A DNA stretch of 23,894 bases from Myxococcota bacterium (GCA_049969675.1 JBMFOP010000051.1:1-23894), one strand, 5' to 3'; positions 8,157 through 18,378 are shown, counted from the stretch's first letter. Numbers and translations: made by a program. The notes: a model not told the origin generated them from the sequence alone.

Positions 8157-8603
8157 CTACTTCTTCTTCTTCATAGAAATTTTATTTTTAATAACCTTCC
8201 CATTTGAAGGCTTGCTTTTACTCTGTATTTTTACATTAGATCTCTTCTCCCCTGATGACTCATTTACTTTCTGTGCCTTATTATTAGTTGCCTTTATGGG
8301 AATATTTTTTGCTACCTCTTTCCTGTTCTTTCTCTCTTCCTCCAGAAGAGATATTCTCTCAATCACCTCTTTGGCTGCCTTAAAAGTGGCCTGCATAATA
8401 GCAGGTACGAAAATCCTCCCCTGGTCAATCATCTGGAAGACCTGCTCTCCAAGCATCTTAAAGATCTTCTCCTTCTCCAGAAGGAGTTGCTGCAAGTCTG
8501 TAATCAGGTGATAATGCTTACTCGCAATATTCAGGCTTGCCTCAAATCCGTTTTTAATTACATCAGAAATCATCTCTACATTATTTTTTCTTTCATTTTC
8601 CAT
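8157..8603 (-). CDS. Hypothetical helical/coiled-coil protein with a Lys-rich C-terminal tail
   Basis: 148-aa ORF with RBS GGAGGGG; amphipathic helices then a basic disordered tail ending KKKK. Confidence 0.75.
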   Translation of the reverse strand: MENERKNNVEMISDVIKNGFEASLNIASKHYHLITDLQQLLLEKEKIFKMLGEQVFQMIDQGRIFVPAIMQATFKAAKEVIERISLLEEERKNRKEVAKNIPIKATNNKAQKVNESSGEKRSNVKIQSKSKPSNGKVIKNKISMKKKK

Positions 8604-8660
8604 GTCCCCTCCAGAACTCTGATATAAATAACAGAAATATATACAAAAGTCAATATCTTA

Positions 8661-8689
8661 TTGAAAAGTTCCTATTTATGAAGTATACA
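8661..8689 (+). promoter_or_regulatory. Putative sigma70 promoter of the SGNH gene
   Basis: TTGAAA (8661-8666), 17 nt, TATACA (8684-8689). Confidence 0.45.
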
Positions 8690-8708
8690 AAAGTCTGTTT
8701 TTTAACAT

Positions 8709-9776
8709 ATGCAAAAAATTTATAACATAATATTATTTCTAATTTCCATTCTGATAGGTATATTCTTTGCGGAATTGATATTGAGGGGATTTTTGAATGT
8801 AAAATATCAATTTAAGGAGAACCTCATAGGAATGAGAATAAAACCATTCCCCGGACTTGAATACGATATGCTGGAATGCAAGGAATGTCTAATTAGAATC
8901 AATTCTTTTGGATTAAGGGGGGAGGAGATAAAGATCCCCAAACCAGAAAATACAATTAGGGTCCTGATCATTGGAGATAGTGCAACTTTTGGCGCAGGGG
9001 TTATTAATAATGATGAGACTATCCCGGGTCGATTGCAAAGGTTGATGGATGAAAATCCTCCTATAAAGGGGAAGAGGATTGAGATAATAAATGGTGGTAT
9101 CCCCGGATATGATATTCAGGAGATATATCTACATTATAAATATAAGTTAAAGCAACTGAATAGCGATATTGTTATCTATAACTTCTTCCCCAACGACTTT
9201 TTAAATTCAAAATTCAGCGTGGAGAATATCAACGGGAAACCAATGCTGGTAAGATATGTAAATGCCGAATTACCCGGACTGCAATTTTTACAGTTCTTAC
9301 CTGAGAGTATTAATATATTTCTTAATGAACACCTGCTATTATATAGATATTCAATGTTCTACATATCAAGGCTCTTTTCAAATGAAAATGCAGAGGCACA
9401 GAGTTATCTAAAGAGATATCAGATTGCAAATCTTGAATTTCTCAATAAATTGATAGATGAAATAAAAAGTGCAAACTCGATCTTTATGGTGAGCAGTGAG
9501 ATATATTCATTCTGTGGAAATTGCAAGGAGCCGTTAGATAATAATAGATGTCCCATAGAGAAAGGGTGCATTTACGCATTCAACTTAATAAAATGGCTAA
9601 ATAGTGAAATGAATAATAGAGGGATCCCATCTGTCTATCTGTCAGATGTAGTATCAGATATGGATTTAAGAGAAGTTATGATTGATGAATATGCACATTA
9701 TACCGGGAAAGCCAATATAATGATGGCAGAAAAATTATATAAATTCTTGCTAAATAGTAAAATATTAGAAAAATAG
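8709..9776 (+). CDS. Membrane-anchored SGNH/GDSL hydrolase family protein
   Basis: N-terminal TM ending AELILR; INSFGLRG; block I IIGDSATFG; block II INGGIPGY; block III FFPND; block V DEYAH. Confidence 0.88.
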   Translation: MQKIYNIILFLISILIGIFFAELILRGFLNVKYQFKENLIGMRIKPFPGLEYDMLECKECLIRINSFGLRGEEIKIPKPENTIRVLIIGDSATFGAGVINNDETIPGRLQRLMDENPPIKGKRIEIINGGIPGYDIQEIYLHYKYKLKQLNSDIVIYNFFPNDFLNSKFSVENINGKPMLVRYVNAELPGLQFLQFLPESINIFLNEHLLLYRYSMFYISRLFSNENAEAQSYLKRYQIANLEFLNKLIDEIKSANSIFMVSSEIYSFCGNCKEPLDNNRCPIEKGCIYAFNLIKWLNSEMNNRGIPSVYLSDVVSDMDLREVMIDEYAHYTGKANIMMAEKLYKFLLNSKILEK

Positions 9777-9789
9777 AAGAGGATATCTC

Positions 9790-11439
9790 TTATTTTAGAT
9801 GGGGGATCTTGATTTTGTGTTTCTTTGCCATTTTAATGGCTATATCATATCCTGCATCGGCGTGTCTGAGGATTCCCATTGCAGGGTCAGAATTTAGGAC
9901 CCTTGACAATCTATTGTGTGCCTCCTTTGTCCCATCAGCCACTATTACCATACCTGCGTGCAATGAATAACCTATTCCAACTCCTCCCCCGTGATGAAAT
10001 GATACCCAGCTCGCCCCATTTACAGCGTTTATAAGTGCATTTAAGATAGGCCAGTCAGCGATTGCATCCGAGCCATCCTTCATTGACTCTGTCTCTCTAT
10101 TTGGAGATGCCACCGAGCCACAATCCAGATGGTCCCTTCCTATTACTATTGGAGCCTTTACCTTTCCCTTCTTTACGAGGTCGTTAAAGATAAGACCTAT
10201 CTTCTCTCTCTCCCCATATCCGAGCCAGCATATCCTTGACGGGAGTCCCTGAAAGTGAACCTTCTTCTGAGCCATACTCAGCCATCTAACTACATTCTGA
10301 TTCTCTGGAAGTGCCTTCTTTACTGCCTCATCGGTGAGGTAGATATCGTTCTTATCTCCGGACAATGCCACCCATCTAAATGGTCCCTTCCCTTCACAGA
10401 AGAGCGGCCTGATATAAGCGGGTACAAATCCGGGGAAGTCAAAGGCATTCTTGATGCCTCCCTCTCTTGCCTGTGCCCTGATATTGTTTCCATAATCAAA
10501 GACATAAGCACCCTTTTTTTGCATATCCAGCATTGCCTGCACATGAATGGCTATGGATTCAATCGCCCTTCTTTTGTACTCCGAAGGGTCTTTCCTTCGT
10601 AATTCAGATGCCTCTTCAAGAGTAAGTCCTTGCGGGATATATCCGTTTATGACATCATGTGCACTGGTCTGGTCAGTGACAAGGTCTGGAATTATTCCCC
10701 TTTTTACAAATTCGGGATATATATCTGCTGCATTTCCGAGTAAACCTATTGAGAGAGGCTCCTTCTTCTCTTGGGATTCTTTAGCCCATTTGAGTGCCTC
10801 GTCAAGACTATCTGTGGACTTATCCAGATAACCAGTCGTAAGCCTTCTCTCTATCCTTGATGGGTCAACCTCAACACAGATCGCTACCCCATTATTCATA
10901 GTAACCGCAAGTGGTTGTGCACCACCCATACCTCCAAGTCCAGCAGTCAATACCAATCTGCCAGAGAGGTCTGAATTAAAGTGTGTCTTTGCAGCGGCGG
11001 CGAATGTCTCATAAGTCCCCTGTAAAATCCCCTGCGTGCCGATATAAATCCAGCTCCCCGCTGTCATCTGTCCATACATAATCAGACCCTTCTTATCCAG
11101 CTCCCAGAAATAATCCCAGTCTGCCCATTTGGGGACAAGATTTGAATTGGCAATTATCACCCTCGGGGCATCTTTATGTGACCTCAATACACCCACTGCC
11201 TTACCAGATTGGACAAGCATAGTCTCATCGTCTTCAAGTCTTTTTAATGTAGAGACTATCTTATCAAATGCCTCCCAATTCCTTGCCGCCTTCCCACAAC
11301 CCCCATAGACTATCAGGTCTTGAGGTCTCTCTGCCACCTCTGGGTCAAGGTTGTTCATTATCATTCTATAAGCCGCCTCCTGAACCCAACCTTTACAATG
11401 CAATTTACCACCTCTGGGTGCTCTGACTATCCTGTTCAT
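9790..11439 (-). CDS. hutU: Urocanate hydratase
   Basis: [85 protein letters not shown]. Confidence 0.98.
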   Translation of the reverse strand: MNRIVRAPRGGKLHCKGWVQEAAYRMIMNNLDPEVAERPQDLIVYGGCGKAARNWEAFDKIVSTLKRLEDDETMLVQSGKAVGVLRSHKDAPRVIIANSNLVPKWADWDYFWELDKKGLIMYGQMTAGSWIYIGTQGILQGTYETFAAAAKTHFNSDLSGRLVLTAGLGGMGGAQPLAVTMNNGVAICVEVDPSRIERRLTTGYLDKSTDSLDEALKWAKESQEKKEPLSIGLLGNAADIYPEFVKRGIIPDLVTDQTSAHDVINGYIPQGLTLEEASELRRKDPSEYKRRAIESIAIHVQAMLDMQKKGAYVFDYGNNIRAQAREGGIKNAFDFPGFVPAYIRPLFCEGKGPFRWVALSGDKNDIYLTDEAVKKALPENQNVVRWLSMAQKKVHFQGLPSRICWLGYGEREKIGLIFNDLVKKGKVKAPIVIGRDHLDCGSVASPNRETESMKDGSDAIADWPILNALINAVNGASWVSFHHGGGVGIGYSLHAGMVIVADGTKEAHNRLSRVLNSDPAMGILRHADAGYDIAIKMAKKHKIKIPHLK

Positions 11440-11504
11440 AATCTCTCCTCCAGAATAGTTGTGAAATACATCAAGAATATATACAAAATCAAAAACTTAA
11501 TAAA

Positions 11505-12854
11505 TCAAACAGGGAGCAAAAGAATAGCCTTTGTCCCGATACCTACCTGACTCTCAATCTTCAAATCCCCTCCCATAATCTCTGCAAAACCCTTTGCAAT
11601 CTTCAATCCCAGACCCATCCCACCCTTCTCTCTCATATCCATATTAGAGACCGCCTGATAAAACGGTTCAAAGACCATACCAATCTTATCTTCATCTATA
11701 CCAGAGCCAGTATCCTCCATCGTTATTGCAATAACTCTCTTTGGAGTAATACCAAACCTATCATTTGTCATCTCTGGAGTAATTGTCATTTCCTCTATAA
11801 AAATCGCAATTGAACCACCCTCCGGAGTAAACTTTATGGCATTATCAAGAAGTTTTATTATAATCGTCCTGAATTTTTCCTCATCATATTCATATTCGCT
11901 TCTCTCTATTCGCGGCATAAAACTCACTCTCAATGCCTTCTGTTCAACCTTCTCATAAAACAAATTAATTACATCCTTTACATCCTTCACAATATCTCTC
12001 TTAGTCTTATCCAATTCTATTGTACCAGATTCTATTGAGCTCAATATCAAAATATCATTAATTATCTGCAAAAGCTGGGTACCCTTCTGGTTAATGGTAT
12101 TGGCGTACTCCATTATATTCTTATTTTCTGGACATTCTTTTTTGAGGATATCGGAATATCCAATAATTGATGTCAATGGTGTCCTCAATTCGTGCGTAAT
12201 CGTCTTGATAAACGCTGTTTTATACCTTGAGACCGACTCTACCTCATTCAACATCTCATTAAGTCTATTATTTAAGATCTCAATCTCGGCATAATTCTCT
12301 TTCTCAGATTCAAGGTGCATCCTGGCTGTTAGATACATCTTATATGAACTATACAAAAAGGCATTCAGAATCTGCTTAATATCCTTCATCAATTGAGCCG
12401 CCTCAGAATTGGATAATACCCTGTAAAGATTCAGGCAATTTTCAAGGTCATTCTGAATATGTCCCTTTATAAACTCCCTTGCCTTATTTATATTTTCACT
12501 GCTGATATATGGACCGAGAACTATATAACCAACTATTTCTGTCTCATAATCAAGTGGTGATGAGAGATAAGAGAAGCCATTTTCACAATCTACCCTCTTC
12601 ATCCCCACAGAAGGAAGATTATTAATTATAGTCTTTCGGGTCTTATCACATATACCCTTAATTGCATCCTCTTTTTCTCTACATACATTTTGAGTAGCCA
12701 GTTTTATTTCAGAATATTTTTTCTTTGAGATATCCAGAAGCATTATATCTACCTTCACAAGACTTCCCATCGCCCCGAAGAGCTCTTTTACAGTCTCCCT
12801 GTCAAGCAGTTTAGAAAGGCCTATCTCAGAAATACTATAGATATCAAAATCCAT
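11505..12854 (-). CDS. Soluble sensor histidine kinase with an N-terminal PocR-like domain
   Basis: PocR-like three-Cys pattern (NVCRE, GICDK, DCENGF..SPL..IVGYIVLGPY); H-box THELRTPLTSI; N-box LLDNAIKFT; G1 DTGSGI; F-box FEPFYQ; G2 GGMGLGL; no TM segment. Confidence 0.88.
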   Translation of the reverse strand: MDFDIYSISEIGLSKLLDRETVKELFGAMGSLVKVDIMLLDISKKKYSEIKLATQNVCREKEDAIKGICDKTRKTIINNLPSVGMKRVDCENGFSYLSSPLDYETEIVGYIVLGPYISSENINKAREFIKGHIQNDLENCLNLYRVLSNSEAAQLMKDIKQILNAFLYSSYKMYLTARMHLESEKENYAEIEILNNRLNEMLNEVESVSRYKTAFIKTITHELRTPLTSIIGYSDILKKECPENKNIMEYANTINQKGTQLLQIINDILILSSIESGTIELDKTKRDIVKDVKDVINLFYEKVEQKALRVSFMPRIERSEYEYDEEKFRTIIIKLLDNAIKFTPEGGSIAIFIEEMTITPEMTNDRFGITPKRVIAITMEDTGSGIDEDKIGMVFEPFYQAVSNMDMREKGGMGLGLKIAKGFAEIMGGDLKIESQVGIGTKAILLLPV

Positions 12855-12856
12855 CT

Positions 12857-13546
12857 TTATGCCTTTGGTTTAATATCAAGTTTACCAACCAGCGAAAGGT
12901 CGATGTGCTTATATATATTTTCCAAAAATTCAGTCTGAGAAATCTTGAATTTTGTCTCAAAATTGTGCCTCTCACAGAGGTATCTATGTGTAAGAGATAA
13001 AAGTCCGAAGAGTGTCTCAATTACACCAAACCCCTTGATCGCAACCGCCTTAAAGACTGGCTCTCTTCCCTTCTTTGCAATCATATCAATCTCGGCATCA
13101 CTTTTTATATTTGGGAGGTCTCTTTTATTAAATTGAATTACAATAGGAATCTCATCGGGATTCAGTCCATTAGCCCTCATATTCTCCATAAGATTATTCC
13201 ACGACTCATTATTTGCATCATTTAGATTTATCTGAGAATCCGCAATAAACGCTACAGCATCCGCCCCTGCAAGGACCAATTTTCTGGTAGAATTGTGGAT
13301 GACCTGACCCGGGACAGTAAAGAGTTTCAACTTTACCTTTATACCCGAGGATGTACTGAAGAATACAGGGAGGAGGTCAAAGAAGATGGTCCTATCATCA
13401 CGGGTATCAAGTGTCATCAATCTCCCTCTTCCTTCCTGCTTTATCATCTGATGAATCGCCTGTAGATTGGTCGTCTTGCCAGACAATGCCGGTCCGTAAT
13501 ATACTATTTTTAATGTAACTTCTTTTTGAGCTATATTGAACTGCAA
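12857..13546 (-). CDS. sofG: MglA-family small Ras-like GTPase, SofG-like
   Basis: KIVYYGPALSGKTTN, DDRTIFFD, TVPGQ, QFNKRDLP. FFSTSSG.KVK.KLFTVPGQVIHN.TR and the extra C-terminal helix (EFLENIYKHIDL) recall Myxococcus SofG rather than MglA (from memory). TTG start with AGGAGG at 13555-13560. Confidence 0.8.
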   Translation of the reverse strand: MQFNIAQKEVTLKIVYYGPALSGKTTNLQAIHQMIKQEGRGRLMTLDTRDDRTIFFDLLPVFFSTSSGIKVKLKLFTVPGQVIHNSTRKLVLAGADAVAFIADSQINLNDANNESWNNLMENMRANGLNPDEIPIVIQFNKRDLPNIKSDAEIDMIAKKGREPVFKAVAIKGFGVIETLFGLLSLTHRYLCERHNFETKFKISQTEFLENIYKHIDLSLVGKLDIKPKA

Positions 13547-13566
13547 GGTAATAACCTCCTTATGAA

Positions 13567-14298
13567 CTAAAGCCTCAACATAGAGGCAGCAGCCTTATCT
13601 ATTATAAAAGTGCAATCTCTATGTAGCCTCAAGACAGATGCAGGGAATTGAGGTGTTATATTTCCACTCACCGCCCTATGAATCGTCTCAGCCTTATCCC
13701 TTCCAGATGCAAGTAAGATTATCTTCTTTGAATGCATAATAGTCCCGAGTCCCATAGTAATTGCCTTTAGCGGCACCTTATTTATAGAGCCAAAATATTT
13801 ACTATTTGCCCTTCTGGTTCTATCTGTAAGTACCTCAATATGCGTCTGAGGAATAAATTCATCTGAGGGTTCATTGAAACCGATATGGCCGTTATGACCG
13901 ATACCCAATATCATCAGGTCAATTGGTCCCTTCTCCCTTATTAAAGCCTCGTATCTCTCACATTCCTTAATCAGGTCCTTTGCCATTCCATCGGGTATAT
14001 GGATGTTCCCTCTGGGGATATTTACATATCTGAAAAAATACCTCTGCATATATGAGTAGTAAGAAGAAGGGTTATTCTTTGGAAGATTGACATATTCATC
14101 CAGATTAAATGTGGTTACTCTCTTAAAGTTTACAAATCCGTTCTTATATATCAGGACGAGCTCTTTATACATCTGGATTGGGGTTCTACCTGTCGGGAGC
14201 CCGAGTACCAGGTCTGGTTTCAATGCGATACTGGCTGCAACCAGAAGGGCTGCCTGCCTGCTTATCTCATTGTAATCCTTCATCACCAGAATATTCAT
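13567..14298 (-). CDS. nagB: Glucosamine-6-phosphate deaminase
   Basis: VLGLPTGRTP, TFNLDEY, LGIGHNGHIGFNEP, AITMGLGTI, PASVLRLH. Confidence 0.97.
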   Translation of the reverse strand: MNILVMKDYNEISRQAALLVAASIALKPDLVLGLPTGRTPIQMYKELVLIYKNGFVNFKRVTTFNLDEYVNLPKNNPSSYYSYMQRYFFRYVNIPRGNIHIPDGMAKDLIKECERYEALIREKGPIDLMILGIGHNGHIGFNEPSDEFIPQTHIEVLTDRTRRANSKYFGSINKVPLKAITMGLGTIMHSKKIILLASGRDKAETIHRAVSGNITPQFPASVLRLHRDCTFIIDKAAASMLRL

Positions 14299-14609
14299 TT
14301 TACAAAAAACCTTATATCCTTTACAACCCCAGACTTCATATAACTATTTATTTTATCAATCATACTACTTTTATAAAACAGGATATCATTTAACATAACA
14401 GAATCTGAGACCCTTACAAGCAATTTGCCATTTTTGAATTCTACTGGACGTGCTTTTTGGAGATAACCTTCTCCAAACAACTCTCCCCAGACATTCAGAA
14501 TGGCGCCGAGAATCATACCATCCTTTATCCACTGACTGCTGCCCAAAAGCTCAGATATGACAGTCTCTGCAGATTTTATCTCACAGGAGTTGTATCTCTT
14601 CTTTACCAT
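14295..14609 (-). CDS. dciA: DUF721/DciA family protein
   Basis: W.ELFGE....ARP..FKNGKLLVRVSDS..LND..FYK..MI.KIN......VKDIRF is the typical DUF721 KH-like pattern. TGATG overlap upstream and ATGA overlap with nagB. Confidence 0.78.
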   Translation of the reverse strand: MVKKRYNSCEIKSAETVISELLGSSQWIKDGMILGAILNVWGELFGEGYLQKARPVEFKNGKLLVRVSDSVMLNDILFYKSSMIDKINSYMKSGVVKDIRFFVK

Positions 14610-15316
14610 CAGAATGCAAAGGTAATCATCAGATTAGCAGAGATATAATTCATATAGGATGCAAAATCCTTTACCTCAAATTTTGCACCCTCAGCTATCT
14701 TTGCAGCCCCTTCCTCAAGGCTGGTCTTCTTCTGCATAACTGCGAGGTTATATCTTGCCTGTAAGCCTATTAGCATAAACGGTGCAACCTTAAAGTCCAG
14801 CCCTCCACCTGCAAAGAAGTGGGCGCCATAACTATTTTCATCCAGTGCAGAGATAATTGCTGCCCCCATACCCGCATCAAGATATGGATGTATCAATATT
14901 TCTATCAGGTAAAATCTCAATCCTGCATCCAATGTCTGCAATGTCAGGCTCTTATTACTAATCTTATCATTTTCAGACTTTAAGACAGAATTTATCAAAT
15001 CTGCAGGTGGGTCATCGGTATTTGGAATCTTGACAATCTTCCCGGATGGAGACCGCTTCACATCTGAGAAAGGAAAACTATTAAATCTGTAGCTTAATTC
15101 AAGTTTCCATATAAGGATATCAGCACCGCCAAAATAACCAAATCCATTTTTATAATCTACCATCATTCCGCTCGTATCATTTAATTTGAGCAATGTATTG
15201 TCCCCAAAACTGCTCATTGGATATGCACCACCTCCACCAATAGAGAAACCAATCTTCGCATATGCGCATAGACTGAGCAACAAAAATATCAGAGAATAAA
15301 TAAAAATCCTTTTCAT
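14609..15316 (-). CDS. Outer-membrane beta-barrel protein
   Basis: Signal peptide ending AYA; alternating beta-strands (LDAGLRFY, HPYLDAGMG, AGGGLDF, GLQARYN); C-terminal Phe; RBS AGGAGG. Confidence 0.82.
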   Translation of the reverse strand: MKRIFIYSLIFLLLSLCAYAKIGFSIGGGGAYPMSSFGDNTLLKLNDTSGMMVDYKNGFGYFGGADILIWKLELSYRFNSFPFSDVKRSPSGKIVKIPNTDDPPADLINSVLKSENDKISNKSLTLQTLDAGLRFYLIEILIHPYLDAGMGAAIISALDENSYGAHFFAGGGLDFKVAPFMLIGLQARYNLAVMQKKTSLEEGAAKIAEGAKFEVKDFASYMNYISANLMITFAF

Positions 15317-15331
15317 AATAGTACTACCTCC

Positions 15332-17614
15332 TTATTTCATAAGCTCTTTTGCCTTCTGTGCATAATGTCCATTCGGTTCCTGCTCCAGATATTTCTGCAT
15401 CGCCTCTGCCACTGCCTCTTTAGGAGCCTTATTCTCTTTATAAAGCAAGCCGAGCTGGAAGAATCCCTCTGCACCAGCCTTTGGGTCTGTCTCAACTGCT
15501 GTCTTAAACATCTCTTCGGCCCTCTCAAGATTCTTATTCTTCTTATGCATCTTACCGAGCGAGATAGCCAGCTCCACAACTGCCCTCTTATTTCTCATAC
15601 TCTTGAAACCGGAGAGTGCGAGTTCAAACTCCTCCATCGCTCTCTGTTCATCCTGTTTTGCCAGATATACCTTCCCCTTCTCCATATGGGCGAATGGGTC
15701 CTCTGGATTTATCCCTAAAGCCTTTGAAGACTCCTTGAGTGCATCATCAAGCGAGCCCTTCTGTCTGAGTGCCCTCGCCATAAGTACATAAGCCTCCCCT
15801 TTGTCCTTCTCTGACATCAGATTTGCCGCTCTCTTAATAGAGGATATAGCCTCATCATACTTCTCCTTTGATATCAAGAATTCACCCTTCTTCATATAAA
15901 AAGATGGGTTCTTCGGGTCAAGTTTTATAGCATTATCATATGAGGATATAGCCTTCTCAACATTGCCAGAGGCTGCATATATCTTGGCGAGTTCAAAGTG
16001 TATAAGGGGATTCTCCTTATCAAGATTCAAAGAGGCATTTAATAGATCTTCACCCTCTTTTGTATTACCTTTATTGTATAAAATCACGCCCTTTATAAAT
16101 GTAGCAAGAGATTCTTCACGGGTGGATAATTTATTCTCTGATTTAAGTTTCATTACATCTTCAACTATTTTCAATGCCTCATCATATTTTGAACTATCCT
16201 GACTCAACACAAGGGCAGAGCCGAGAAGTGAACCTGTATGCTCCTTATTGTCTTTTAATGCGAGTTGATACTGCCCAAGTGCCTGATTCAGATAACCTTG
16301 CTTATAGGAGATATCTCCCATAATCTTGTAAGACCTCGGATCCTTCGCCTTCGGGTCATTACCGGTCTGAAGAATGTGCGCCTTCTTAATAAAATCGGTT
16401 GCCTCATCAAAATTACCAACCTTCATAAGTGCAATACCGAGAGCCCATAAAAGTCTCGGGTGCTGAGCCCCCTTTATTACCTCCTCTTTCCCAAGTTGAA
16501 TTGCGGAGTTGGCATCACCTCCATATATCTTCATCAACATCTGCGCTGCTGTAAGAGTTGCTGAGGTATCTTTCTTCTGAATAGCATCATTTATATGCTC
16601 TGTAGCCGCCTTTACAATATCGGAATCTACTCCATATTCACCAAAAAGAATTGCCTCAACATATCCGAGGGTTGCCTTAAAATTTCCCGAATCTTCAAGT
16701 TTAATAGCTGACTCAAGTGCCCTCTTTGCATCCAGATACCCCCAATATGTATCCTGTTTCATATTTTCAATGGCAATATTGGTAAGATTTTTAATCTTCT
16801 TTGCCCTATGGGCGGTATAGGCAATAAACCCAATAATGGTTGCTGAAATAACTGCAAGTACAATAATCAATATCATTGTACGTTTTGCCTGATCCTTCTT
16901 TAAGACATCATCGGTTGAAAAATCCTCGGCAGTTGGAGGAGGAAGCCTTGTAATCTTCTTTTTCGGCTGGACATCTATGGATTCTGTCTTATCTACCTCT
17001 GTCCCCACCTTCTGTTCCACCTCCTGAATCTTTTCAGGCGATTCAATAGCCTTACTCTCCATCGGAGGGGGAGCCCTTCTAACAGGTGGGGCTGTCCTCT
17101 TCTTCATACCGGGCTTCGCCCCCTGTGATGGTTTTTTTGGTGCAACTCTCTCAGTATGTTCTTCCTCTTCCTCATTCAGTGCATTTGGTGGAGTCAGATT
17201 TACACCCTTCTCCAGAAGGAGTGCCTTTGCCTCAAGGTTTGATGGGTCAAGCTCATAAGCCTTCTTTAATGCCTCTATTGCAGCGTCATTCTCATTGAGT
17301 CTGAGATGCAGATTCCCCTTCATAAAGTATGCCTCTGCACAATTCGGGTCCACCTTTAAAACCTCATTTAATGCCTCTATCCCTTTGGGGAACTTGGACT
17401 GTTTCAAATAGACCTTTGCCAGAGACAGATACCCCTCTTTTGGGTGAGACTTAATTCCCCTACGAGCCATTACCATCGCCTCTACCATCTTCCCCTTCTG
17501 GAGGTAGGCATCCACAAGGTCTACAAATATTAGAGAATCAGGATTCTGTGAAAATTGCATCTCTAACTGACTTATGTCTTTTGGTTCTTTTGATTTCTCT
17601 TCCTGATTGTTCAT
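15332..17614 (-). CDS. Bitopic TPR protein (cytoplasmic TPRs, Pro/Lys/Glu linker, TM, long extracytoplasmic TPR array)
   Basis: Many TPR consensus repeats (for example AEAYFMKG..AIEALKKAYELDP) and a TM segment MILIIVLAVISATIIGFIAY. Start set at ATG 17614 (MNNQEE) with AGAGG RBS. Confidence 0.88.
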   Translation of the reverse strand: MNNQEEKSKEPKDISQLEMQFSQNPDSLIFVDLVDAYLQKGKMVEAMVMARRGIKSHPKEGYLSLAKVYLKQSKFPKGIEALNEVLKVDPNCAEAYFMKGNLHLRLNENDAAIEALKKAYELDPSNLEAKALLLEKGVNLTPPNALNEEEEEHTERVAPKKPSQGAKPGMKKRTAPPVRRAPPPMESKAIESPEKIQEVEQKVGTEVDKTESIDVQPKKKITRLPPPTAEDFSTDDVLKKDQAKRTMILIIVLAVISATIIGFIAYTAHRAKKIKNLTNIAIENMKQDTYWGYLDAKRALESAIKLEDSGNFKATLGYVEAILFGEYGVDSDIVKAATEHINDAIQKKDTSATLTAAQMLMKIYGGDANSAIQLGKEEVIKGAQHPRLLWALGIALMKVGNFDEATDFIKKAHILQTGNDPKAKDPRSYKIMGDISYKQGYLNQALGQYQLALKDNKEHTGSLLGSALVLSQDSSKYDEALKIVEDVMKLKSENKLSTREESLATFIKGVILYNKGNTKEGEDLLNASLNLDKENPLIHFELAKIYAASGNVEKAISSYDNAIKLDPKNPSFYMKKGEFLISKEKYDEAISSIKRAANLMSEKDKGEAYVLMARALRQKGSLDDALKESSKALGINPEDPFAHMEKGKVYLAKQDEQRAMEEFELALSGFKSMRNKRAVVELAISLGKMHKKNKNLERAEEMFKTAVETDPKAGAEGFFQLGLLYKENKAPKEAVAEAMQKYLEQEPNGHYAQKAKELMK

Positions 17615-17656
17615 ATAATACCTCTTATGTAATAAAAATATCAAAAAGCGGGATGG

Positions 17657-17685
17657 ATAATACCAAAATATAGATAATGTGTCAA
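17657..17685 (-). promoter_or_regulatory. Near-consensus sigma70 promoter for the TPR-OMP-dciA-nagB-sofG-HK run
   Basis: TTGACA (17685-17680), 17 nt ending TGG, TATTAT (17662-17657). Confidence 0.7.
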
Positions 17686-17711
17686 AGACAATTATTCCAG
17701 ATTAATCAACT

Positions 17712-18362
17712 TTATTTCTTAAAAATAATCCCTACTATTCGTCTTTTTTGTGAATATGGAAGTAGATATTCCACATAATCCCTCTTCAAAACCCTGCCTA
17801 CCTTTTCAACTGAGCGATCATAAATTCTCATACTTTCCTCTGTAAGCAGACTTACCACTACCCCACCTCTTCTTACATTGGAGATACCAAACCTTACCCA
17901 GTCGTTTATATTGATAGCAGCCTTTGAGACAATCAATTCAGTCTGCAACGACTCCTTATCTACCATCTCCTCTATTACAGAATAATTCTTCAAATCTGCA
18001 ATCCTTATAAAATCCTTTAAGAAGTTTGCCTTCTTCCTCTTCGGTTCATAGAGTATTACTCTCGCATCAGGTATGAAGTAAAACCAGAATATTGAAGGGA
18101 ACCCGGCACCAGAGCCAATGTCCGATATCTCCTCAATTTTTACACCTTCCATCTTTAAATATTCAGAGACCAATTTGATTGCCTTAAATGAATCAAGATA
18201 TAAAAATTCGGCAATATCTCTCGCATCTGATAATCCAATCAGATTTGCTATCCTCTGCCATCTGAGGAGCATATTACTGTGCAACTTTACAACTCTATTA
18301 ATTTCTTCAATATTATCTGAATGCCTTGAAAAATACTCTATAATCTTACCAATATCCATCAT
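17712..18362 (-). CDS. rsmG: 16S rRNA m7G527 methyltransferase RsmG/GidB (divergent)
   Basis: LLRWQRIANLIG, LDS, SAM motif DIGSGAGFPSI, LYEPKRKKANFL, LIVSKA, Y.LP.....R. Confidence 0.85.
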   Translation of the reverse strand: MMDIGKIIEYFSRHSDNIEEINRVVKLHSNMLLRWQRIANLIGLSDARDIAEFLYLDSFKAIKLVSEYLKMEGVKIEEISDIGSGAGFPSIFWFYFIPDARVILYEPKRKKANFLKDFIRIADLKNYSVIEEMVDKESLQTELIVSKAAININDWVRFGISNVRRGGVVVSLLTEESMRIYDRSVEKVGRVLKRDYVEYLLPYSQKRRIVGIIFKK

Positions 18363-18378
18363 CTTCTATCCATCATCC

